In this document: positions 16,708 to 25,080 of the stretch, one piece after another
Layout: every line of letters starts with the position of its first letter
Numbering within the stretch: the stretch's first letter is position 1
Origin: Thermoanaerobaculia bacterium
GTDB taxonomy: Bacteria > Acidobacteriota > Thermoanaerobaculia > UBA5066
Assembly: GCA_038245905.1 (NCBI GenBank)
Contig: JBBRRY010000015.1
Span: forward strand, 14,611-78,610
DNA: 64,000 bases
Reading direction: 5' to 3'
Notes under the pieces: model-generated
Told to the model about the DNA's origin: nothing
Database searches by the model: none
What the model saw: the letters and a program-made list of their open reading frames with translations, nothing else
Program-made: the position numbers and the translations under genes

Positions 16708-17490
16708 CTAGGGAACGAGGGCGATGACGGCGAAGGCGGCGCCCTCGCGGTCGGACAGGAAGGCGTAACGCCCCACCTTCGCGATGTCGTCGGGTGCCCG
16801 GAGGACGCGCGCTCCGAGCTTTTCGGCCTTCGCTGCGGCCGCGTCGCAGTCGGCCACGCGGAAATAAACGTTCCACGCGGGCGTCGTCGCGCCATCCTCC
16901 GGCCCGATCGCCGTCATCCCGCCGGCCGGGCGCGGCCCCTTCCAGAGCTCGACATACGCGTGGAGGTCCGTCTCCTGCTTCTTGATCGCCCAACCGAAGA
17001 GACTCGCGTAGAAATGTCCGGCCGCGTCGATGTCTGTCGTGGCGAGCTCGGTCCAGCAGAGCGTGCTGATCTCGCCGACGACCTGCGCCCCGGGGTGAGC
17101 CCGCGCCTCCCAGAGGCACAGCTCCGCGCCCTGCGGGTCCTTTACGATCGCCATGCGCCCGTTCGGTCCGACGTCGAACGGCGCCCCGAAAATCGTTCCG
17201 CCGAGAACCTTCACGCGGAGCGCGCTCTCGTCGGCGCTCTTCACCGCCGCATAGGAGTTCCAGTGGGCGACGACGCCGCGCTGCCGCTGCGACTTCTGCA
17301 GGACGTACAGCGCGGCCACGTCCTTGCCTACGAGCCGCGCGATCGTGTAGGTCGTGCCGGGCTCCGGGGACTGGTCGTCGAAGCTCCAGCCGAAGAGGGC
17401 CCCGTAGAGCGCCTTCGCCGAATCGGCGTCCGTCGTGGCGAGCTCGGGCCAGCAGAACGTCCCAGGCTCGTGCTGGATGATCTCTCGCAT
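16708..17490 (-). CDS. Two-domain VOC (glyoxalase/bleomycin-resistance/dioxygenase) family protein
   Basis: Duplicated module: FCWPELATTDADSAKALYGALFGWSF and LCWTELATTDIDAAGHFYASLFGWAI. Confidence 0.8.
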   Translation of the reverse strand: MREIIQHEPGTFCWPELATTDADSAKALYGALFGWSFDDQSPEPGTTYTIARLVGKDVAALYVLQKSQRQRGVVAHWNSYAAVKSADESALRVKVLGGTIFGAPFDVGPNGRMAIVKDPQGAELCLWEARAHPGAQVVGEISTLCWTELATTDIDAAGHFYASLFGWAIKKQETDLHAYVELWKGPRPAGGMTAIGPEDGATTPAWNVYFRVADCDAAAAKAEKLGARVLRAPDDIAKVGRYAFLSDREGAAFAVIALVP

Positions 17491-17551
17491 CGAAGACCTC
17501 CGGATGAGCGTGGATCATAAGGGCGCACGGCGTGTCGCGCCCGGGGAAGGG

Positions 17552-18451
17552 TCAGGAGCCGGCGGCGATCCGAAGTTCGCGAAAGAAACCCTTAACGAGC
17601 GCGGAGGCGACGTGCGCCCGGTAGGCGGCCGTCGAACGGAGATCGTCGATGGGGGCGATATCCCGGCGCGTTGCCGCGTCGAGCTCTTCGTCCGAAACCG
17701 AGGCGAGGCTGGGGGAGAGGCCGAGCGCCCGTACGGACGGGAGGGAGACCGTCACGGGAGCGACCGAGGCCATGCCGAATCCGGAGCGGACGCCGCGGCC
17801 CCGCTCGACCTCGGCGACGGCCGCGAGGGCGACCTTGGAAATCGCCTGGGCGGCGCGCGTGCCCACCTTCCTCCAGACCTGGTGGGCACCGGTCCTCGGA
17901 AGGGTGAACTCCACCCGGACGATCACTTCGTCTTCGGCCCGGCGTGTCGTGCGGTATGCCGTGAAGAACTGCGTCATGGGTACGCGCCGCTCGCCGTGGA
18001 TGCTCGCGAGAACCACGTCGGCGTCGAGGGCCATGAGCGCCGCGGCCCCGTCGGCCGCGGGAGACGCGCCCGCGAGGTTGCCGCCCAGGGTGCCGCGCGC
18101 CTGGATCTGGACGGCTCCCACCTCGCGCGCCATGGCCGTGAGGACCGGTGCGCGCCGCGAGAGCACGGGATGACTCTTGATCTCGAGGAACGTTGCCGCG
18201 GCGCCGATGGTGGCGATCTCCTTCACGACCGTAATGCCGCGCATTTCGGTGAGACGCGACACGTCGAGCACGAGCGGCAGGTCGTTCGGGTCCTCGGGCG
18301 GGGCGAGACGGCGCTCCACGATCCAGTCCGTTCCCCCCGCGAGGAGGACGGTCTTCTCTTTGCGGCCTGCGCGCGCCGAGAGCGTCCGGCACAGCTCGGC
18401 GAGCGTTCCGGGCCGCTCGAACGGGTAGAGAGCGATCTCAGCCGGGTTCAC
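17552..18451 (-). CDS. Molybdenum hydroxylase FAD-binding (medium, CoxM/XdhB-like) subunit
   Basis: LLAGGTDWIV and GTLGGNLAGASPAADG motifs of the FAD_binding_5 / CO-dehydrogenase flavoprotein family. Overlaps the FeS subunit stop. Confidence 0.85.
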   Translation of the reverse strand: MNPAEIALYPFERPGTLAELCRTLSARAGRKEKTVLLAGGTDWIVERRLAPPEDPNDLPLVLDVSRLTEMRGITVVKEIATIGAAATFLEIKSHPVLSRRAPVLTAMAREVGAVQIQARGTLGGNLAGASPAADGAAALMALDADVVLASIHGERRVPMTQFFTAYRTTRRAEDEVIVRVEFTLPRTGAHQVWRKVGTRAAQAISKVALAAVAEVERGRGVRSGFGMASVAPVTVSLPSVRALGLSPSLASVSDEELDAATRRDIAPIDDLRSTAAYRAHVASALVKGFFRELRIAAGS

Positions 18452-18914
18452 GCGCAGCCTGCTCCTTTGCGGCTTGCCGGATCGACTCGACGATGCGCTG
18501 GTAGCCCGTGCAGCGGCAGATGTTGCCCGCGATGCTCTCGCGAATCTCGCCCTCGCCCGGCTGCGGGTTCGCCGCGAGGAGCGCGTGCGCAGCCATGAGG
18601 ATTCCGGGCGTGCAGATGCCGCACTGAGCGCCGCCCTCCTTCACGAAGGCCTCTTGCAGGTCGGAAAGCGTGTCCTTGCTGGCCAGCCCTTCGACAGTGA
18701 GGACCGTTCGCCCGTCGCACTGACCCGCCACGACGAGGCACGCGTTCACGGGAACGCCGTCCAGGAGCACGGTGCACGAGCCGCACTCGCCTTCACCGCA
18801 GCCCTCTTTCGTGCCGGTAAGCCCGAGAGGCCCGCGGAGGATGTCGAGGAGGCGCGTGAGGGGAGGTGCATCGAGCGTGCGGGAGCGCCCGTTCACGACG
18901 AAGGACATTCTCAT
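18438..18914 (-). CDS. Molybdenum hydroxylase (2Fe-2S)-binding small subunit
   Basis: Start MRMSFVVNGR at comp(18912..18914). CGEGECGSCTV and QCGICTPG..CRCTGY are the two [2Fe-2S] motifs. ATGA overlap with the large subunit stop. Confidence 0.9.
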   Translation of the reverse strand: MRMSFVVNGRSRTLDAPPLTRLLDILRGPLGLTGTKEGCGEGECGSCTVLLDGVPVNACLVVAGQCDGRTVLTVEGLASKDTLSDLQEAFVKEGGAQCGICTPGILMAAHALLAANPQPGEGEIRESIAGNICRCTGYQRIVESIRQAAKEQAAREPG

Positions 18915-21178
18915 CGTCCCGTCTTCCATGCCACGAAGAGGTCTTCCGGGAGGAGCGGCAGGTCGTCGCGGACGATCCCCGTCGCATGCTCGATCGCGGC
19001 GGCGATCGCGGGCGCGCCGCCGTCCATCGGCAGCTCTCCGATGCCTTTCGCGCCGCCTCCGGGCCCTCTGGAATAGGGATCCTCCACGAGAACCGTCGTG
19101 AAGCGGGGCGCGTCGATGCTCGTGGGTACGATGTAGTTCGTCATGCGGGCATTGAGGATCTTCCCGTCCTTGAGGACGACCTTCTCGTTCAGGGCCCAGC
19201 CGATCGCCTGCAGCGTTCCTCCCTCGATCTGCCCCTTGCACATGAGGGGATGAATCGCCTTGCCGACGTCCTGCGCGGCCCAGAAACCGATAACCGTCGT
19301 CTCGAACGTGTCGAGGTCCACCTCGACCTCGGCGATGTCGCAGCCCCAGCCGAAGACGGGATAGGCGTCGCCGCGGTAGGTCGCGTCGTCCCAGACGAAA
19401 TCCGCCGGTGTTTCGTAGGTCTTCTCGGAGATGACGGTTCCTTCGTGCGCGATCAGGCGCCGCGCGGCGTCATCGAACGAGCCCCCCTGTTTCTGCCGGT
19501 TTTGCTCGATACGCGCGAAGAGGTCGCGCGCGGCGTGCTCGAGGATCGAGCCGACGATCATCACCGTTCGGGACGCCACGGTGGGCCCCGAATCGGGGAC
19601 GGTCGCGGTGGACGGCGTCGCGAAGTCCACCCGATCCATCGAGACCCAGAGCGCCTCGGCCGCGATCTGCCGGAAGACTGTCTCGGTACCCTGGCCGATG
19701 TCCGTGGATGCGGTGCGGATTCGGAAACGCGGCTTCTTCTCCGTGAGGAGCTGAAACATGTCGATCGCGACGCGGCCCTTCAGCTTGCGCTCGCCCGAAC
19801 CCGTGAATCCCGCGCCGTGGAGGAACACGCTCGCGCCGATTCCGCGCGCCTTTCGGGACGCGGAGCCCCCTGGGGCGGGCCGGCGAAGAATCGCTGAGAC
19901 GGGCCGCGCCGCCGCGGCCTGACCGAGCGTCTCGCGCTTCCGTTCCCAGCCGCTCGCTTTCCGCGCCTCCTCGACGCAGCGCTGGACCCCGACGGACTCC
20001 TTCAGGAACTGGCCCGTCGGCGTCGTGTCCCCGACGCGGAGGAGGTTCTTCTCGCGCAGGGCGAGCGGGTCGGCCGACAGCTCGCGCGCGATCCGGTCCA
20101 GGTGCCTCTCGATCGCCCAGATCGTCTGCGGGGCTCCGAAGCCGCGGAAGGCGCCGTTCGGTGGCGTGTTCGTGGCGACCGCGATGGCCTCGATCGAGAC
20201 GTGCTCCCATCGGTAGGCGCCGGCCGCGTGGAGAGCCCCGCGCGACAGAACGACCGGCGTGAGGGTGACGTACGCACCACCGTCCATGACGATCCGAATT
20301 GACACGGCCGACAGGTTTCCCTCGCGATCGCAGCCCGACGAAATCGTCACCTCCGACGGATGGCGTTTCGTCGTCGCCTCGATGTCTTCCTGCCGGTCGT
20401 AGATCATCTTCACGGGCCGGCCGCTCTTCTTCGCGAGGAGGAGGGCGTGAAGAGCGAGGAGCGTGGGGTACTCTTCCTTTCCCCCGAAACCTCCACCCGT
20501 GACAGCTTGCGTCACGTCCACGTGCGCGTCGTCCAGGCTGAACGTGCGCTTGACGCCCTTGTGTACGTAGAACGGGCACTGCAGCGAGCCCACGAGGTGG
20601 GCGCCGCTCGCGTCCCAGAAGGCGAGCATCCCCTGCGGCTCGATGTAGAGCTGCTCCTGGTGGTGCGTGCGGTACGTACCGGAGAGACGCACGGCGCTCT
20701 CGGCGATGGCCTTCGCCGCGTCGCCCTTCGAGATCCGGTAGGTGGCGAAGACATTGTCGGGGCCGTGAATCTGTGCCTTGCGTTGGAGCGCGTCGGCGAC
20801 CGTCAGGACCGGCGGGAGCGGGTCGATCTCGGGCGTGAGGGCGCGAAGCGCGCGGGCGAGACGCACCGGGTCCTCGGCCGCCACGAGCGCGATCGGCTCG
20901 TACGCGTGGCGGACCTCGTCCGATGCGAGGACGGGCTGGTCCTCCTCGATGAGCGCCACGACGTTCACGGGCACGTCTTCCGCGGTCACGACCGTCACGC
21001 CGGTCCAGTCGAAGGAGGGATCCCGCCGGATGCCGCGCAGGCGGCCGCGCGCCACGGGGCTGCGGAGCGTCGCGCCCAGGAGGACGCCCGGCCGCGTGAG
21101 ATCGTCGACGTAGCGGGCCGTCCCGGCGACCTTGGCCGGTCCATCCGCGCGCGGAACGCTGCGGCCGACGAGCGCCAT
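18911..21178 (-). CDS. Molybdopterin-binding large subunit of a xanthine dehydrogenase/aldehyde oxidase-family hydroxylase
   Basis: Start MALVGRSVPRADGPAKVAGTARYVDD at comp(21176..21178). GGGFGGKE, FRGFGAPQ and the ending ..GIGELPMDGGAPAIAAAIEHATG are typical of this family. The track ORF N-terminal extension to 22120 is rejected. Confidence 0.9.
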   Translation of the reverse strand: MALVGRSVPRADGPAKVAGTARYVDDLTRPGVLLGATLRSPVARGRLRGIRRDPSFDWTGVTVVTAEDVPVNVVALIEEDQPVLASDEVRHAYEPIALVAAEDPVRLARALRALTPEIDPLPPVLTVADALQRKAQIHGPDNVFATYRISKGDAAKAIAESAVRLSGTYRTHHQEQLYIEPQGMLAFWDASGAHLVGSLQCPFYVHKGVKRTFSLDDAHVDVTQAVTGGGFGGKEEYPTLLALHALLLAKKSGRPVKMIYDRQEDIEATTKRHPSEVTISSGCDREGNLSAVSIRIVMDGGAYVTLTPVVLSRGALHAAGAYRWEHVSIEAIAVATNTPPNGAFRGFGAPQTIWAIERHLDRIARELSADPLALREKNLLRVGDTTPTGQFLKESVGVQRCVEEARKASGWERKRETLGQAAAARPVSAILRRPAPGGSASRKARGIGASVFLHGAGFTGSGERKLKGRVAIDMFQLLTEKKPRFRIRTASTDIGQGTETVFRQIAAEALWVSMDRVDFATPSTATVPDSGPTVASRTVMIVGSILEHAARDLFARIEQNRQKQGGSFDDAARRLIAHEGTVISEKTYETPADFVWDDATYRGDAYPVFGWGCDIAEVEVDLDTFETTVIGFWAAQDVGKAIHPLMCKGQIEGGTLQAIGWALNEKVVLKDGKILNARMTNYIVPTSIDAPRFTTVLVEDPYSRGPGGGAKGIGELPMDGGAPAIAAAIEHATGIVRDDLPLLPEDLFVAWKTGR

Positions 21179-21183
21179 CCCGA

Positions 21184-22089
21184 TCAGTCCCTTGTGACGT
21201 CCTGGAGAGCGGCTCCGACCTCGGTGAAGCGGAACTTGAAGCCGAGCGCTTCGGCTTTTCTCGGGACGACCCGTTGCCCCTCGAGGACCACGGTGGCCAT
21301 CTCGCCGAGCAGGAGCCGAACGGCGGCTGCGGGTGCGGGGAACAGGCTCGGCCGGTGGAGGGCGCGGCCCAGCGCCTTCGCGAATTCCTTCATCGTGACC
21401 GGGTTCGGAGCGGTCCCGTTGATGGGGCCGCGGGCGTCTGCGTTCTCGATCGCGAAGACGAACAAGGCGACGAGGTCGCCCACGTGGATCCACGACATCC
21501 ACTGCTCTCCGCTTCCGATGGGGCCGCCCGCGAAGGCCTTGAACGGCGGAAGCATCTTTGCGAGGGCGCCGCCGTCTCCGCCGAGCACGACGCCGGCGCG
21601 AATCATCACGACGCGGACGCCCTGCGCCTCGATCTTCTTCGCGGCCTCTTCCCATGCCACACACGTCGTCGCGAGGAAATCGGTTCCAGGCGGGCTGTCC
21701 TCGTCGAGTATCTCGTCGCCGTGGGAGCCGTAGTACCCGACCGCTGCCGCGTTCACGAGGACGGAAGGCTTCACGGCGGCCTTCTCGATCGCGGCGGAGA
21801 GCCGGGCCGCCGCGTCGACGCGGCTCGCGACGATCCGCAGCTTGGCGGCCGCCGTCCAGCGCTGGGCGATGCTCTCGCCCGCGAGGTTCACGATCCCTCC
21901 GGCGCCGTCGACCCAGGATTCCCACGCGGCGCCGGGCGCCCACGAGACGACGCGTACCTTCGGATGGACCTGGTCCCGCGACCGGGACGCGTCGCGCGTG
22001 AAGAGAACCACTTCGTGCCCTTTCGCGACGAGGTTCTCGCACAGCTTCGAACCGATGAACCCGGTTCCGCCCGTGACGATGACGCGCAT
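21184..22089 (-). CDS. TIGR01777/YfcH-like NAD-dependent epimerase/dehydratase family protein (with DUF1731-type C-terminus)
   Basis: Start MRVIVTGGTGFIGSKL at comp(22087..22089). Rossmann GxxGxxG motif and a C-terminal ..LEGQRVVPRKAEALGFKFRF signature. Confidence 0.85.
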   Translation of the reverse strand: MRVIVTGGTGFIGSKLCENLVAKGHEVVLFTRDASRSRDQVHPKVRVVSWAPGAAWESWVDGAGGIVNLAGESIAQRWTAAAKLRIVASRVDAAARLSAAIEKAAVKPSVLVNAAAVGYYGSHGDEILDEDSPPGTDFLATTCVAWEEAAKKIEAQGVRVVMIRAGVVLGGDGGALAKMLPPFKAFAGGPIGSGEQWMSWIHVGDLVALFVFAIENADARGPINGTAPNPVTMKEFAKALGRALHRPSLFPAPAAAVRLLLGEMATVVLEGQRVVPRKAEALGFKFRFTEVGAALQDVTRD

Positions 22090-22147
22090 TCCGCTCTCCT
22101 TGCGCCCGCATCGTACCCAAAACGCGCCGCCGTATAGTCCGACGGTC

Positions 22148-23050
22148 ATGAACGCGCGTTTCAGGCCTTGCGCCGCCCTGCTTCTCGCCTTTGCGGCGGG
22201 CGTGGCGGAGGCCGACACGGCCGTCCCTCGAACGCCGGACCTGGACGTCCGGGAGCTCGTGAAGCGCGTCGTGAAGAGCCAGCGCCGTGTCGAGGTCGCG
22301 TTTGCCGGCTCGACGTTCGACCAGCGCGAAGTCCGGATCACCTGGGGCGCCGATGGCCGGGCGAAGGAGGTCGCCTCACGGCTCTTCTACGTCCTCTCGG
22401 GCGACGGCGACGTGGAGGGGACGCGCGAGCTCATCGAGGTGGAGGGCCGTCCGGCGACCGAGGAGGAGAAGCGCAAGGCCGCCGAAGGAGACGAGAAGGG
22501 CCGAAAGAAGCGCCTCGAGCAGAAGGCCGCGGCTGAGGCCCGCCTGGCCGAAAGGGTCTCCGGCGACGAAGACGATCCTCTCGTGGGTCGGCGGCGGCTC
22601 TCGGAGCTCATCGGCCGTTTCGTGATCCGCGTCGTCGGGGAGGAGACCGTCGAGGGCCGCCCCACGTACGTGCTCGACTTCTCGCCGGACCCGGCGGCGC
22701 CGCCCGCGACGAACCTCGGGGACCGTGCGCTCAACGCGCTGGCCGGCCGCGCCCTGATCGACGCGGTGGACTTTCAGGTGCGTTCCGTCGTCGCGCACCT
22801 CACGAAGCCCGTGAAGGTGGCGGGAGGAATCGCCGCCAACGTGAAGGAGGCCGAGATCGTTTACACCGGCCAGCCGCTCGGGGGCAACCTGTGGTTTCCC
22901 TGCGTCGTCGAGCTTCGATTGACCGGGAAAACGGCGCTCTTCTTCCGCCTCGACACGTCTTTTCGATTCGAATTCGCAAATCTGAAAAGGTTCCGCGTGG
23001 ACACGGAAAGCGACGTCCGTCCCGCTGGAGACCAGGGGAGCGCTCCATGA
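22148..23050 (+). CDS. Secreted hypothetical protein (possibly LolA-like fold)
   Basis: Internal ATG at 22148 gives MNARFRPCAALLLAFAAGVAEA (signal peptide). A charged central linker (EEEKRKAAEGDEKGRKKRLEQKAAAEARL) is followed by a beta-rich C-terminus. No recognisable catalytic motif. Confidence 0.55.
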   Translation: MNARFRPCAALLLAFAAGVAEADTAVPRTPDLDVRELVKRVVKSQRRVEVAFAGSTFDQREVRITWGADGRAKEVASRLFYVLSGDGDVEGTRELIEVEGRPATEEEKRKAAEGDEKGRKKRLEQKAAAEARLAERVSGDEDDPLVGRRRLSELIGRFVIRVVGEETVEGRPTYVLDFSPDPAAPPATNLGDRALNALAGRALIDAVDFQVRSVVAHLTKPVKVAGGIAANVKEAEIVYTGQPLGGNLWFPCVVELRLTGKTALFFRLDTSFRFEFANLKRFRVDTESDVRPAGDQGSAP

Positions 23051-23619
23051 CACCGTCCCGCCGCCGCGTGTACCTCCTCGGCGCCATTGCCGTTTTCGGC
23101 GTCGCATTCGCCTGGGCCTACTGGCGCTCGCTGACCCCGGCGACGCATGCGGACCATGACCACGGAATGCTGAGCCTCGACGGAGGAGGGCACCTCAACG
23201 TGAAGACGCGCGACGGGAAGACGCGCAATCTCGTCGGGCGCCCGGGAAAGACGCTCGTCATTCACTTCTTCTCGACGTCGGCCGAAGGGGCGGCTCCGGA
23301 GCTCGGCGGGATCTTTCGGACTCAGGAAGAGCTGAAGGCGGATGCCGGGCTGGAGTTCGTCCTCATCGCCCAGGACCGCGATTTCGCGACCCTCGATGCG
23401 TGGCTGAAGGAGAAGGGGCTGACGCCGCCGCAGCCTGCGACACTCGTTCTCGATCCGGACGGAGACGTCACAAACAAGATCAACTCGAAACGCCCCCTCG
23501 AGACGATGTTCTTCACCGCGGAGGGAAAGCTCTCCTCGCAGGCGCGCGGCCGGCTGGAGTGGCCGGACGGCGCCATGGGCCATCTCGCGCGCGCCCGTGG
23601 CGGAGAAACGATCGAGTAA
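23047..23619 (+). CDS. Membrane-anchored thioredoxin-fold (TlpA/redoxin-like) protein lacking the CxxC motif
   Basis: ATGA overlap with the upstream gene. Anchor VYLLGAIAVFGVAFAWAY. GKTLVIHFFSTSAEGAAPEL occupies the position where redoxins carry WCxxC. FVLIAQDRD..LDAWLKEKGL resembles TlpA-family layout. Confidence 0.5.
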   Translation: MTPSRRRVYLLGAIAVFGVAFAWAYWRSLTPATHADHDHGMLSLDGGGHLNVKTRDGKTRNLVGRPGKTLVIHFFSTSAEGAAPELGGIFRTQEELKADAGLEFVLIAQDRDFATLDAWLKEKGLTPPQPATLVLDPDGDVTNKINSKRPLETMFFTAEGKLSSQARGRLEWPDGAMGHLARARGGETIE

Positions 23620-23642
23620 CACTCGAGGTGCTCTCGGGACGC

Positions 23643-24128
23643 TTATTTTTTCGCGGCCGGGGGCGCGGGCGCCGGGTCGTCCGCCGCGTGGTCGGCGACG
23701 TACTTCCACGCGCCGTCCTTCTGCTGCGTGGCGACGGCGCACCAGGTTCCCGTCTCCGTCGTCGCGGCCCCGCCGGCCTTCGGCGCGGTCGTCACCTTGA
23801 AGCGGCCCCAGCCCGCCGAGACGCGGCCGGCCGAGCGGTAGTGGTTGTCCATGACGGCGGCGTCGGTCACCTTGACGGTGTTGAGCCATCCCGCGTAAGC
23901 CTCGGCGATCGCCTTCTTGCCCTGGATCGCCCCCGACCCGGGAAGGACGAGGACGGCGTCGTCGGCGTACAGGTCGGCGCACGCGGCGGCGTCGTTGGCG
24001 AGCATCGCTTTGATCCAAGCGCTATCGACCGTCATAAGGCCGTGCTTTGGCGCCGCGTCCGCAGCCGCGAGACTGCCGGCCGCGAGGGCCGCGCACACAA
24101 ACAAAACGACGATTCCGGCTCTTTTCAT
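23643..24128 (-). CDS. Secreted SnoaL-like/DUF4440 (NTF2-fold) protein
   Basis: Start MKRAGIVVLFVCAALAAGSLAAA at comp(24126..24128). ...DSAWIKAMLANDAAACADLYADDAVLVLPGSGAIQGKKAIAEAY is the typical DUF4440 N-terminal pattern. Confidence 0.65.
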   Translation of the reverse strand: MKRAGIVVLFVCAALAAGSLAAADAAPKHGLMTVDSAWIKAMLANDAAACADLYADDAVLVLPGSGAIQGKKAIAEAYAGWLNTVKVTDAAVMDNHYRSAGRVSAGWGRFKVTTAPKAGGAATTETGTWCAVATQQKDGAWKYVADHAADDPAPAPPAAKK

Positions 24129-24165
24129 CGAGTCCCCCCTATTTCTTCTGGGTGGAGATTCTGCC

Positions 24166-25080
24166 CTAGACGGATCTTCGGCGCATCTCGCCAAGCGTGA
24201 TCAGGACGACCGCCCACACGATCACGGCCGCCGCCAGAAGCGTTCTCGGGGTGACCGGCTCCGCCGCGAGAGCCCAGCCGAGAAACACGGCCACGGCCGG
24301 ATTCACGAACGCGTAAGTCGAAACGAGGGCCGGGGCCGCCACGCGGAGGAGCCACATGTAAACCGTGAAGCCGAGGAGCGAGCCGAATACGAGAAGGTAG
24401 AGGAGGGCCGCCCAGGAACGCGCGGAGACGTGCGCGGGCGAGAAGCGGGTCCATTCACCCGTCGCGAGAGAAAGGGCGAGAAGCAGGCCCCCGCCCGCGA
24501 GCATCTGCAGCGCCGTCGCCTGAAGCGGTGACGACGCTGGTGTGAAGCGGCGAGAGAGAACGGAGCCGAGGGCCCACGTGAACGCGGCGAAGAGCACCGC
24601 GGCGGCTCCGAGGAGGTCGATGCGATCGCCGCCGAGCCGTGCGGGGCCGAGCAGGAGCGCGACGCCCCCGAGGCCGAGGGCGACTCCGGCGAGAGCGCGG
24701 CCGCCGGGCGCATGCCGCTCGGGCGGCAGCGCCTGCAGGAGGACGATGAAGAGCGGCTCGATCGCGATGAGGAGAGCGGCGAGGCCCGACGAGATGCGTT
24801 GCTCGGCCCAGACCACTCCGCCGTTTCCGCAGAGGAGCAGCAGGGCGCCGCACGTGAAGGCCGGCGCGAGGTCGCGGGCCGCGATGCGGGGTGCTCCCCT
24901 CGCCTTTGCGACCGCGAGGAGGATCGCGCCGGCGGCGGCGTAGCGGACACCCGACATCACGAAGGGCGGGATCGACTCGAGTCCGAACCGGATCGCGAGG
25001 TAGGTGGATCCCCAAACGACGTAGAGGACGAGAAGGCCGAGGCCGACGCCGCGTTTCACGGCGCGATCATCGCCTCCCAC
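24166..25080 (-). CDS. EamA-family (DMT superfamily) transporter
   Basis: About 10 TM segments. The duplicated EamA pattern (VVWGSTYLAIR.., ..AFTWALGSVLSRR..) is typical of the RhaT/YedA family. Confidence 0.85.
   Translation of the reverse strand: MGGDDRAVKRGVGLGLLVLYVVWGSTYLAIRFGLESIPPFVMSGVRYAAAGAILLAVAKARGAPRIAARDLAPAFTCGALLLLCGNGGVVWAEQRISSGLAALLIAIEPLFIVLLQALPPERHAPGGRALAGVALGLGGVALLLGPARLGGDRIDLLGAAAVLFAAFTWALGSVLSRRFTPASSPLQATALQMLAGGGLLLALSLATGEWTRFSPAHVSARSWAALLYLLVFGSLLGFTVYMWLLRVAAPALVSTYAFVNPAVAVFLGWALAAEPVTPRTLLAAAVIVWAVVLITLGEMRRRSV

Noticed and set aside
21179-22120. N-terminal extension of the molybdopterin subunit ORF (18911..22120) through the YfcH-like gene
   Set aside because: The extension is Arg/Gly/Pro-rich and overlaps a well-supported gene in another frame. 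The family-typical N-terminus MALVGRSVPRADGPAKV starts at comp(21178).
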